Origin: Dudresnaya verticillata
Taxonomy: Eukaryota
Length of the DNA stretch: 64,000 nucleotides
Direction of reading: 5' to 3'
NCBI GenBank assembly: GCA_977862235.1
Contig: OZ374559.1
Span: 1,116,001 to 1,180,000 of the forward strand
Shown: positions 24,352 to 36,045 of the stretch, piece after piece
Position numbering within the stretch: the stretch's first letter is position 1
Layout: each line of letters starts with the position of its first letter
Position numbers and translations under genes: made by a program
Notes under the pieces: model-generated
Seen by the model: only the letters and a program-made list of their open reading frames with translations
Told to the model about the DNA's origin: nothing
The model's database searches: none

Positions 24352-27300
24352 TCACGCGGGTCTGCTTGGCTTCGAAGCCTTGCGAAGTAGCGCGAAACGA
24401 GTTATTCGGGCACGTGCGTACGAAGTTCCCACGTAGGTGTCGCGTAGCCGTCCCACTTGATACAAAACACGAATTTTCCAGCTTCGTCGGTCGAGTGATC
24501 GAGGATGCGATCGACAACGTATTCGGGCCTTCGGTGACCTTATCCGCAATGTCTGCGGGTCGCGTAATCGACGGTCGCGAATTCGCAGGTGGTGGCGCGT
24601 AGATGCAGCGGCCCGTGGAGACGCGTTCAACGAGAGCCTTGGTATCGATCGCGAGTGTACGCGTGTCGTTGAAGAGCACTTTGTACGGCCCCTCCGCGGG
24701 GGATTTCAACTTCGGAAGTTTCGTTTTCCCATGGTGGGTATCGAGGTACACGTAGTCTCCGGGTTTGGCGCGGCTCTTCGTGTGGCGGATGCGCTTATCG
24801 AAGTCGCGTTTGTAACGGTTTTGAACTCGCTGTAACGAAGTGCGTGCGGAGTCGATGGCGAAATCGAGTCGCTTAACGAAATCGTTGCGAAGGTCCTCCG
24901 TGGGTTTTGGTCGATGGTTTCGGGAGCGATGGGTCACGGTGAACTCGGGCGGCGGTCACGATAAAACGAGATTGAACGGAGTTGTCTTCGTAGATGATGA
25001 ACGTGGCAATTGTACGAATACGTTAACGCGGAGACATTGCGGTCCCAATCGTTTTGTTGGTCGTTCACGTAGTTACGAAGCATCGCGAGGATAGTGCGGT
25101 TATAGCGTTCGGTTTGTCCATTCGTTTGCGGATGATGCGCGGAAGTGAATACGCTCGATGACCCGGGTAAGCGACAGACGACCTGAAAGAACTTCGAAGT
25201 AAACTGTTTGCCGTTATCCGAGAGCACCGAGGCTGGCGGTCCATACTTGAATATCCAAACTTCGCAAAAGGCAACGGCCACGTGATACGCGGTTATTACT
25301 CGTAGTGTGGCCACCTGGGTCAACTTCGTAACGCGATCCGTAATCACGAGGATGAACTTGCGTTTGGACTTCGTTCGTGCCAACGGGCCTAAGATGTCAA
25401 TCGCGACCGATTCGAGTGGGCGCGTAGCGGGGAAGAGCTTCAAGCGATGAAGATTGCTTCGGAGACGGATTCGATTCCTTGCGCAATGTTTGCAATTGCG
25501 AACCGTGGATGCGATATCGGCTGCCATGTAAGGCCAGTAATACGTTTCACGAAGCGAGTAGAACATACGATTTTGCCCCGGGTGGCCAGCGAGTAAAGAA
25601 TGATGCGCCAGCGTGAGCAAGCGAGGTCGGAGCGTCTCGGGAAATACGATTTGCGTTAGCTTCGGAATCATTGGGTGCGTTCGTCGCAGGAGACCGTCTC
25701 CATCTTCGTGAAAGAGACTATCCTTCGTTTTCGATTGTCGTGATTGCACCGTTTGGCAGAACGAATCAAGACGTTGTCCTTCGAGGATTTCGGTTACCGT
25801 AATCGGTGCAGGTAGGTCCACGGGTTTCACGTCGGTGAGGTCACTCGGGTCTTCGTTGGGGTCAATTCGATAAAGGTCAAACGGATCATCGTCATCGATA
25901 TTGTCCCATAAATCGCAGTCATCGTAGACATCCTTTTGTCCTGCGTATTCATCACGTAGTTCGGCGTCGTGTTCGTGTTCGCAGCCTTCGTGGCACGTAT
26001 GATTGTGGGGTTCGGAACCCGTGGTGACCTCCGTGGGTCGTGGCGTATTGCCTGCTCGATGCACGCGTTTCGCGGGTGTAGTCTTTCGCGTAGAGTCGTG
26101 GCGAATCGCGGTGGTCTTCGATTGACGTTTGCGGGATCGCGTAGTAATGAGAACCGGGTCTCTTTCGTTTTTGATGGTTTTCGTGATGTCGTTACGGAAA
26201 CGTTCTTCGTTCTTCGCTGCGATTTGATCCGAGTCAAACGTAGGAAATTCGTCGTCGATTGCGGGTTGTTCGCGATGCGGAAGTAGCAATCGCGAGAGGG
26301 CATCGGGAATCTGGTGGACGCGACCGGGGCGATACACGATTTCGAAGTCGAATTCGGCTAAGCGAAGCCTCCATCGCGTGAGTTGCCCGCACGAATCGGC
26401 AAGGGAAAGAAGCCATCGGAGCGCATCGTGGTCCGTACGCACGGTGAACCGGGTCCCTTCGATATACGGACGCAAGGAAGTAACCGCCCATACGATGGCG
26501 TAGCATTCGCGCTCGGTTGCGGAGTAGTTGTTCTCAGCATCGTTTAACGAATAAGACCAGTAGCCCACCGGTTGGAACTCTTCGTTATCTTGATCCTGTA
26601 GCAATGCGCACCCGAGTTGATACGCAGAAGCGACCGTATCGATGATGTAGCGTTTCCCGAGTTGCGGTAACCGGAGTATCGGCGGTGACACGAGCTTCCG
26701 TTTGAGCGTTTCGAATGCGGTAACCTGATCCTCCGTGGGATTCTCGTAGTCAGGGTCCGCGTCCTTTCGTGCCATGTTCGTCAACGGGCGCGCAATTTTC
26801 GCGAAGTCTTTCAAGAATCGTCGGTATACGTTACACGTTCCGAGGAACGAACGGACTTGCGTGAGGGTCTTCGGGAACTTCACGTATCGGAATGCCTCGG
26901 AGCTCTTCTCGGCCATACTCAGCTTCCCCGGGGAAATTACGTGTACGAGATAGTCGACGCGTTTGCGGAAAAGGAAGCACTTCTTCATCTTGAGCGAAAC
27001 ACCGGAGTTACGAAGTAGCGTGAGGACTTGATCGAGATGCACGATGTGTTCACGAAGATTCGCGGAGAAAACGATCACGTCATCGAGGTAAACGAGGCAG
27101 CACTGCCCACGGACTCCGGATAGAATGATATCGAGTGCACGTTGAAACGTAGCGGGCGCGTTTTTCAAACCGAAGGGCATACGAAGATAACGATAAGTTC
27201 CGAGAAACGAAGTAAACGTAGTCTTGTCGCGGTCTTCCGGGGCAACCGGAATCTGCCAGTACCCGCTGTTACAATCGAGTGTCGAGAAAATCGAAGCGTC

Positions 27301-28638
27301 TCCGAGTGAATCGATACAATCTTCCATCCGGGGGAGCGGGTACGCCTCGGATAGTGTCTTCGTATTGAGTCTTCGTTAATCTACGCAAAAACGAAGTGTT
27401 CCGTCTTTCTTCGGTGCGAGGACTACGGGGGACGCCCACTCCGAGGTGGCTGGTTCGATTAATCCGGCTTCGAGCATACTGTCGATTTAGTTACGGACGA
27501 TTTCACGTATTGTGGGCCCTTGACGGTAGGGCATCGAATGAATAGGTCGAGTCCCAGGTTGTAGATCGATCCGATGCTCCGTGGCTGCGATCGTTCCGAG
27601 GTCTCCGTTCCACATCGATTCGTGCTTACGTAGCATCTCGAGGACCTCGTTTCGCATAGTTTCATCGGGTATGTTCGAGAGGTCTACGCGTTCTTCCCAA
27701 TCGCAGGGACTCGAATTGGCTTCGGCTGCTGCCGTCGCGGCGCCCTTCGTAAGCGGTTTTTCCTTCGTGGAGACGGATTCTTCGGGTGACTTCGAGTCGT
27801 CGTGCTGACGTAGCGAAGAGATGTTGAGCACCTTGGCAAACGAATCCACGACTTCGCGATCGGGTGTCAAAATCGCGAGCGGGTCTCGAGCTGCGTATCC
27901 GATGACGGTTCCCTTCGGTAGAGCTCGAGGCTTATCCGTGAAGTTCGCCATCAACACCGAAAACTCGCGATTCGGACTGACTTCGTGTATCCCGTTCGTT
28001 AACCGTACTCCGTGTCGGTGTTGTAACGAAGGCTTCGGCTCGATATTAATTAGTCCGAGTGCTTCCGAGGTCACGGTGACTAGCTTCTGCGAATAACTCG
28101 GTATGGTGACGCGGCGGTTCAAACGAATGGTACGGGTATCTCGGTCCCAATCGTGGAGCTCGCGTTGGTGTCGCTTCGATAGCGTTCTCTCGAATTTCTG
28201 CTTCGGATTTTTCGAATTAGTAGCGGGCGGAGCCGATCCAGCAATGCGGTTGATAATCGGAATCGTGCTTCCACTCTTCGTGATGAGCCTCCGTGGGCTG
28301 AGCTCGATGCTTCGTAAATGCGCGTCCATCCACGAAGTTCCAAGGAGAACGTCGACTGCAAGTTTCTCCGCAACCACGAAGGGTATGCGGTATCGAACGT
28401 TCCCAAGGCGGACTGTCAGGTAAACGATACCATCGAGTCGCAACGGGGTGCGATCAGCGGACGCGAGCCTCGGAGCTGATTCCATCGTGGACGCGTTCGC
28501 TTCCCAACCGGTGGGTAACGCAGCCCGGGCTATTGGGTTGTAACCGGAACACGTATCGACCGCAATCGTATGCGGCGTCATTACGGAGGCATCGAGGCCA
28601 ATGAATCCGGTCACGAGGAAGATCTCCGAAGTCATCAA
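24352..28638 (-). pseudogene. Element C pol (protease, RT, RNase H, integrase, chromodomain) with a few stops and frameshifts
   Basis: VDTCSGYN; LDCNSGYWQ, MPFGLKNAPATFQR, YLDD; RTDHDAL; AIDILGPL, SDNG, ERYNRT; frameshifted chromodomain YVVDRILDH...IKWDGYATPTWE. Confidence 0.96.
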
Positions 28639-28644
28639 ACAAAC

Positions 28645-31314
28645 TTATCCCTCGGTGGTAACTTCGGGTTCGATCTTCGAGATCGGTATCTTCTTCGAAT
28701 TGTTTTCGCACGAAACGGATTTCCCGACGACGAGGACATCGCTTTCGGTCTCGTCGTCGTGCAGCGAACTTCCTTCGCATCGCAGCGGCTCTCGGAATCG
28801 GAATATGCGGAGTGTCTCGGGGAACGGATTCAGACAAAGTACGTGACACAACGGGCGTCTTCGCCTTTCGTTTTCCGAACTCGAACTAGAATCCGAATTA
28901 CGAGCGTCCGCATCAAAAGGGGTGGTGGATCGATCACCTCTTCCGTTATTTGCGGAGTCTTCGTAAGCCTCCGAGGGCAGGTTCGGGTGACTCGAATCCA
29001 TCTCGTCAACGTTTTCACGGACTGCGAGAACCGGTTGACGGCCCGGGGCCTGCGCGTGTCTCGGATTGTGGAGGACGGTCGGCGGTCCTCGACGCTCAAA
29101 GCTGACTTGACGATGGGCTCGGTCCCTCGGGTAGCTCGTATCGCCTTGACGAAGATCTCGGTTTACGCGATTGTCACGCGATCCTCGGGAGTCTCGTCCA
29201 CGGTGACCTCGATTGTCAACGGACGCGAACGAATTCCCTCTTGCCGCACCGCGATTCACGAAGTTATTACGCGTATACGGTCTCGTCTCGAGTTGATAGA
29301 GATAGTTCTGATACGCGCAGTGGAGTTGTTCCTCCTTCGTGAGATACGGACACGAATACATCAGGTGACCGATTTCGCGACAGAATCAACACGGCCACGC
29401 ATCCTGGTTCTTCGGGATCATCGAACGCGCGATCTGGATTTGCTCCGGGGTCATCAGGGGGACACGTGCGGGTACGAAACGCTCGATTCGACTCGTAAGA
29501 TCTAACGTATCGTCCACGGAGACCGTTGTCGAAGTAGTCGGTGTAGCGGATGTGGATCCGGTTCCTGAACGAATCATCATCACGGCCATTTGCGGATCTT
29601 CGTTCATCGGATACTCGTATTCACTCCCGGGAGTGTCGCAAGCTTCGATAAGCTTAGTGCGTCCGGGCGCTTGGCGACTTTTTGGGTACGTAGCGGACGC
29701 TCGGTTCTTCGAATCACGCGACTGTTGGGCCGCGGTGTCACGTAGTTCGCGAGCTCGGAATGTCGTACCGTCGGCTTGCGCGATTCGTTGTACGCTCATG
29801 AAATTCTTTTGCTCGGACAACGGTAAACGGCGAACCGGGTCGTCCACGATAGGGTAAGTAGTAGGTGGGAGTCCACGAATAAATTGGTGCGTTAACGAAG
29901 AGTCATCGTAGACACCTGAGCAGACATCCGCATAGCCTTGTAGACGAGTCGCGAATTCCATCTCGGTTTCTTCGGACTTCTGCTTCGAGGTAATCACGCG
30001 ATCGTGTGCGTCAGCGATTACGTCTTCCGTGAGAAATCGTTGTAGCAATACGTTCACGATAGCGGACCAGCAAACCGGGTTGCCAGTACGAACGCCTCCG
30101 AAGGCATAGTGTTGATACACCTTGAGCGCGGTCTCGTCGAGGAACCACGAAATCGTTCGAACCGCTGCTCCTTCGGTGGGCCCGACTCCGTTCAGCGCTT
30201 GTCGAATATCACGAAGAAATGCGAGAACCTTAATCGGATCACATCCCGTAAACTTCTCGAGTCTCGGCATCATCGAACGCATGCGGGAAACGGTTTTCGA
30301 CGTGTTACCTCGGAAGACTGCGTGTTGATTATCCCGAGGTGACGAATTCGTAAGTCGATACGATCGATAGCTTACGGCCCGCGCGAATTCGGGGATGAGC
30401 GTCGGTATCGGTTCGACGCCCGGCTCGAGCGGTCCCCAGTGCCAGAACGATGACACGGGTCCCGCGAGCGATTACGGATTTTCGATTACGGGTCCTCCGG
30501 GGGACATCGGTGGTTGAAGTGAAGCTCGGAATACTGCGGGGTTGATACGGGGGTTGTCGGAGGCATCGGTTGCCTGATGCGATAAGGGGTGCGAAGACTG
30601 ATTCGGATACGTGTTTTTCGGTAACGTAGATTGGGCACCCGGGCCTTGCACGGGTTGAACTAGCGGCGAATTGCGGGGGTCAGGACGGGCTTCGGAATGA
30701 TCTTCGCGACTTCGAGACTTCGGTAACGCTGCGGACACGATGTCACGAATAGCGTTCAACTGTTCCTCGGAGAATGCGTGCGAGCTGCGAACGGGAAGCG
30801 AGTGACTCGCCTTGCCCACGGGGGCGGATACGTTGCGCTCGAGAAGGAGAAACCGAATGCTGACTCCCGAGACGAGATCCCGAAGACTCTCGAGTGAGTC
30901 TTCGATCCTACGGACCTTGCCAGCGCGGAGATTGTTGAATTCTTCGTGAACTCGATTGTGCGTATTACGAATCGAAAGCTGCGTGATACGGTGCGCGGTA
31001 GAAAGCGCATCGATGACCTCTTCGTAGAGTAAACGTAGCTCGGAACCGGAGACGTGCTTCATCGAGAAGAGTCGATCGACGGTATCCGAAGGAACGATTT
31101 CCAACGGAGTGTACGTATACGAAAGGTCGGACTGGCTACCGTGAGCCTGCGAACGCGAGTCTGTGCGAAGATCGGGTACCGTTATTCGTGAAGCGCGAGT
31201 GCGAGAAAACGGTTCTCGGTCACTCGCGTTCGAGTCGAACAACGGGAGCTCCGGAATCGGTACGTCATCGGGCTTCGGTACCGGCGAATCGGGACGACTC
31301 GGAGCGTGAGACAT
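28645..31314 (-). pseudogene. Element C gag with Zn knuckle
   Basis: KFTGCDPIKVLAFL, FIRGLPP, C*FCREIGHLMYSC (CCHC with in-frame stop); ORFs 30472-31314, 29386-30456 and 28645-29361. Confidence 0.9.
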
Positions 31315-31371
31315 CGTGTCTCGGATAGAAAGGAATTACGAATAAATGCGAAACTTCGGGACCACGTTCTA

Positions 31372-31384
31372 GGTCGGGAGACCA
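31372..31384 (-). promoter_or_regulatory. Primer-binding site of element C
   Basis: Minus strand ...CCACA-C-TGGTCTCCCGACC. Confidence 0.75.
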
Positions 31385-31385
31385 G

Positions 31386-32256
31386 TGTGGTATAACGAAG
31401 TTGACGGTGACGCGGAGAAGTCTCGCACTGTAAAGAATGGCCTCGGAGCCTAACGAATGGCCTCGTATCCTAACGGAGAAACGAAAAGGGGTGATAGCGT
31501 GGTAGAGCGGAGCGACAAACACGAAGGACCACGGTGTCAACGTATTCGTGTGCGGAAAGGAGAACTCGAGCGATCGATCACCGGGGATGACTCCGGGTGC
31601 GCGGGGCTATCGAAAGCGAGGCTCGACCGTATCCGCGGTCACTAAGACGAAGACACCAAACTCGAAGAAATAGGCGTTTACCGAAGACTCCGAGGTCCGG
31701 GCGCTAGTCGCTTACCGGAAACCCTTGGAGGTTGTGCCAGACGACTGGCTAAGTAATACTACATGAGCACTAATACACGTCAACGCGGGAGACGGTTCGT
31801 ACTCGAATGATTCGTAACGGCCTCGGTGCCAACGAACGGTCGCCTCACGTATGGTGGCGGTTACGAAGAGGGCCAGCGATGCATACGGAGGTGCGCGTAT
31901 CTCGTGGCCCCCGGTGCCGTTACGAGCGGGAAACAACGGGAAAGTCACGAAGGTGCCAGCGATTTCGTATCGGGGGCACACTGTATAGCAAACGCCATCG
32001 TGGTGAGCGCGCGATCACGAAGTCGGCTCGGGATTCGTCCGGAGGTGTCAGAGATTTCGTATCACGTGCGTGCTGTAACGCGAATGCCAAGGCATTCGCA
32101 TTACAGCAAGCACGTGGCGCGCGCACAGTATGCGCCCTATAATACGTTTGCCATCGTGGCGTGTGCATTCACGGAGTCATTTCGAAATTGGGATTTCTCG
32201 ATTATTTTCACCTTGACCACGACTCGAGTCGTTTCGCGGATAGCGTCTATACCACA
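31386..32256 (-). repeat. 5' LTR of element C (871 bp)
   Basis: TG...CA ends with 9-bp inverted termini; next to the PBS. Confidence 0.95.
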
Positions 32257-32814
32257 GTGAGGAAAGGATGGATGGATAACCATGTATTCAAGGAATGGTC
32301 GGAAGAACCGCGCGTGATACGAGCATTGCCAGATCGGAATAAAAGGGTGCTTTTTGTTGACAATTGTTCTGGTCACAACCAGAATGAAAGCATTGACCGT
32401 ACATGCGCAGCCATTTGCACGGAACCCCGGAAGCTGCCGGAAAACGCGACTGACCTAGAGCAATCCGCCGTCTCCTTCCTTATTGCTAAGATCAAGGATG
32501 CTTGGCGCCGTTTGTGGGATCAGTATAAGTTGCAGATGATCAATGAGAATCGCTAACTGTCGGGAGTGGAAGGGTCGAGCGGAAAGCTGTGTAACCCCGG
32601 AAAGTACTTCTTTCTCGAACTTGCTGCGCTTTCTGTTCGCGAAGTTAATAGTCAAAGGGACGGCGATGGTATGTCGTACGCTCGCAAGGCAATGATTAAG
32701 TGTGGTATGTCTTTGAACACAACTGGCAGATGGGAGGAGTGCCAGCTCTTTGAGCAGCTCCAGGACATAATTGCCGAACACAGAAATCACTTTGAAGGAG
32801 CACCCGTTGAGTAA
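32257..32814 (+). pseudogene. DDE transposase, C-terminal part
   Basis: KGWMD, VLFVDNCSGH, LPENATDLEQSAVS (QPxD-like site with Asp replaced by Val), SGKLCNPGK; one in-frame stop. Confidence 0.9.
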
Positions 32815-33099
32815 ATGAATAAAATTGTTACCCGTTTCCATTACACGTCACCATGCCCATGTATTAATCTGGTCTAAACCTTTTGTGAACACTAATTACC
32901 CTTGATTCAGAATTACTCCGGACCATATTAATTGCGGAGAGGGCGGCAAAATCTCGGAGTTGCTATTTAATCTGGTCCAGTCTAATTGCCGTGATCAGTG
33001 TACTCGGCTCCCCTGGCTGGTGTGCCTGCCAATTGGCCCGTGTCGTTCGCGTAGGACCACCTTAAACAACCCATTAAAATTGAATCATCACTTCTGAGA

Positions 33100-35430
33100 C
33101 GCATCATAAATTCCTATGGGCGATCACCGCACATACACTATACCATCAACATAAAGAAGGATAGAAAGCAGTAGTGGACTCCCATTGGACATTCCAGCGA
33201 TCCTGTACGGCGAGCTGAATGCGATTTCGTCGTATACGGATGAGAACTGCTTGATGTCAAGTGCGAGGTTCACCATAGCAATTTTTACGAAGTAAAAGCT
33301 TCCCGATGGCAAGGATGCGCACCAGTTTTTCTCCTAGGTCAGGCGTGGTGTGCGAGTCATCGAATGAAGAGAGAAGATGAAACCATAGAGCTTCTCAATC
33401 AGCTCGGAGCATGTTCGGTAGATACCTAACACAGGGAATACGGGAGGACAAAACAGCATCGGGTCGGGGATAGGGCTCAAACTGTAATGGAGAGGCAGGC
33501 ATCAAGTTGCGATGGGCATGGGGGCGTGAGAATGAGGTACAGTGGGGAGGACAGGAGGAGAATCAGGAACAACATGGGGGTTCTCTCCAGAAGGAAGCGT
33601 CGAGGATGGTAGAACCTGAATAAATCCATTACTATCAGGCGCAGTATAGCGAGGATAAACTCGGGCATGCATTCCCGGGCCAGAAGGTTCATGGCTGGGA
33701 GATTGAGGCAGTTTCGCCGGCGCTTTGCCGCAAGACTGCAGGATACTCATGAAAAGGTCATGTTCAACACGCAGAGCACGAGCGAAATATTTTGAAGGAC
33801 GCCATGTAATTGCAGCTGTTTCCAAGCATGTGTGATCACACATGTAACCTCGTCGCGAAGAGCGACCCAAATGAGACGAATGGCATCGGTCGTAGTCAGA
33901 CAGGAGTACTGACAGCGAATTTCCAAAGACACAGCGGGAGGAGCAGCGAAGTTATCAGTCCGTTTGGCAAGCGCACAAAATGCAGCATAGGCAGATGGTA
34001 AAGATTCCAAATCACGAGCAGCAGCAAAAACGTAGAATAAACAAGGAACAGTAGAACGTAGAATAGAGCAGGGCCCAGGAAACCATTCTTGATGCAGTGC
34101 ACGGCGAAGCTGAAAAGGATTCGTGACGACATCAGACGGAGTGCTAGTTTCAATTCAACGCGGACAAAGCGCTTCTCGTACCCATCGAATAGGCGGCGAT
34201 TGGTTTTGCGAACTGTGTCATCAAACTTTTGTGCCAAAGTGAGAAGTGACGGCGAAATGTGTCCGGTAATACCGTCACGCCCTAGGAAAGGGAGACGAGA
34301 GACAGGTTTCTGTTTTGAGATGCGAGGTAGTTGCTTGAAGATACGAAGATGGAACCGTTGTTGGTTCCGAAGCAAGGACAGCATCAGAAGCTGAAGGACC
34401 AGAATCAGTGGAAGAACGGCAGGAGGATTGGTACGATCACGAGAAAAGGGATAGGAAACGACACAGGAGGGCTTGCAGTTGAATGTAGTTTTGGAACGTG
34501 GGAAGAATAGATTTGACTGGGGGAAGTTCAGCAATAGAAACTTCAAATTTGAGAACAAAGGGATGCTTGCAATAGAAGAAATGAAGTCATTGAAAGCAAG
34601 GGTGTTACCAAGGTCAACAACAGGAGCCAATAGTGAAGAGGATATAGCCATAAAGTCAACAACGGCATGAATCAATGCAACAAACGCATCCTGTTGTGCG
34701 TTAACTGAGCCACGTTTGGCTGGATTGGTGGAAGGTATGTTGAGTGGGTGTGTCCTAGAATATGGTATTTTGCGGTGGAGTGGTAGCAACACGGGAGTCG
34801 AAAATGCAGAACAGCAACAGGCAACTTTGAGAGGAATTTGCAGTTGCCCCCCGCAAGAACTTCACACGAAGATCGAGGCTCAAGACTCGAAAACCCGCGC
34901 ACCAGCGCGCTGACCGGCGCATAAACGATAGAGAGTGAAAACAAGAGAATTGAAGGGGGGAACATCACTTTAACCAAGGCGTAAAGGGGCGTCCCATAAG
35001 GGGAAGTGACTACGGGGAAGGACGGGGCGCACTGATAAGGACCCGACGGTTCACAGTAAGGGTGACATATTGGAGCAGAAACGAAACTAGGCGAGTGAGG
35101 AGAGAATTCTTCTCGGCAAGCGGATTCGAGCCTTTCTTGTCCGCGAGAAAGTTTGCAATTGGTTGCAGTCCAGAATAAAAGCTGATTCCAACTCGACCGG
35201 TTTGAATTGAAGAAGCATTTCGGGAGAAATGGGAAAGAGAAGAATCAGAGAGGATGTGAAGATTTATCGGTAAACTAGAAGTAGATGTAGAAGTGGTTTG
35301 CAGACGGAGGTGTGGCCGAGCCATGTTGGCACGGGGAACGTATTGTAGGTAGTCCGAAGGTGGAAGGCAATAAGATTCGAGATTAACGTGCATTATAACT
35401 CGAGAACCGTGCTTCATCAACAAGCTCTAG
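33100..35430 (-). mobile_element. Decayed APE-type LINE ORF2 relic (endonuclease + RT), interrupted at 34956-35203
   Basis: Degenerate motifs in expected order: LVDEA, SIVYAP, VLAGGN (GDFN-like), VVDF, GRDGI, FDDTV, SCLTTTDAI (YADD-like). Confidence 0.5.
34956..35203 (-). mobile_element. 5'-truncated CRE/RLE-type non-LTR 3' end, 9-bp TSD GAATTGAAG
   Basis: GRVG...NFLADKKG...LLTRLVSFLLQYVTLTVNRR*; hairpin, then TAAAGTGATG tail; TSD at 34947-55 and 35204-12. Confidence 0.82.
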
Positions 35431-35460
35431 ACTATCTACTCTCCAGCTTCGCACTTGCAC

Positions 35461-35534
35461 GCACCCGCCCGCGGGACTCGATCCCACGACCTCAATGTGG
35501 GCCAAGCAAAAAGAAACGACTACGCTATTGCCGC
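35461..35534 (-). other. tRNA-derived sequence (Pol III A/B boxes; tRNA pseudogene or SINE head)
   Basis: TAGCGTAGTCG A-box-like; intact T-arm GTGGG-ATCGAGT-CCCGC; acceptor stem does not pair. Confidence 0.55.
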
Positions 35535-35776
35535 TTTCTTGTGGTTCTGCTTGGTGTAGTGCTGTGATACTCCCTACCTAATATCCTAGGTATCTACACA
35601 GCAAAACCCAAACGATTAAGGTTGGGGCGGTGATCAGCAGGGGAAAGGCGAAGGATAGAAACAAATTTGCGAAGCGGAAACGCAACACCAGTAGATAGGG
35701 GAAACGAATACCATGCTAGCAAACCGCGAATCCAGCGGAGGCTGGCAACCAAAGAACTGAGACGCGGTTGTTCAGG

Positions 35777-36045
35777 ATTCGACATTCACGGAGGCATTGG
35801 CCCCGAATGCCGTAGCGCACTTCAAAAGCTCGCTGCTTTCCTGGCCACGCGCCGGGGAACAAATCCTACTACTGAATACCATTCGTTAGTTTCACCACTG
35901 GTTTCCCGCATTCTCCAGCTCACCGCCCTCGCCGTGAATCGTCGATGTCCCGTTAGTCCAGGCCTTCCAGTAGTCATCAGCGGCTAAGTCATTAGGGTTT
36001 CCGCTGTTTGTCTTGCTTCAATAAAGTTGTGATGATGATGATGAT
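35777..36045 (+). mobile_element. 5'-truncated CRE/RLE-type non-LTR insertion with (TGA)n tail, 10-bp TSD GTTGTTCAGG
   Basis: FDIHGGIGPECRSALQKLAAFLA...LAVNRR*; AATAAAGTTG(TGA)n; TSD at 35767-76 and 36046-55. Confidence 0.88.

Larger units (their letters stand above)
19566..32256 (-). mobile_element. Near-complete Ty3/Gypsy chromovirus (element C, 12.7 kb), decayed
   Basis: LTRs 19566-20317 and 31386-32256 with TGTGGTATA...TATACCACA ends; TSD GGGAG/GTGAG (1 mismatch); PBS, PPT, gag-PR-RT-RH-IN-chromodomain order. Confidence 0.96.
17343..33000 (+). mobile_element. pogo/Tc1-mariner superfamily DNA transposon (~2.05 kb without nested inserts)
   Basis: TA at 17341-42 and 33001-02; imperfect TIRs CACACGATCACGGAAATTAGTCT / rc CACTGATCACGGCAATTAGACT; DDE_1-type transposase inside. 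Confidence 0.9.

Noticed and set aside
28570..29505. 311-aa plus-strand ORF
   Set aside because: Antisense shadow of the gag/protease region of element C.
34956..35534. tRNA-headed SINE ending in a CRE-derived 3' tail
   Set aside because: The CRE end has its own 9-bp TSD (GAATTGAAG), so it is an independent insertion and not the SINE's tail.
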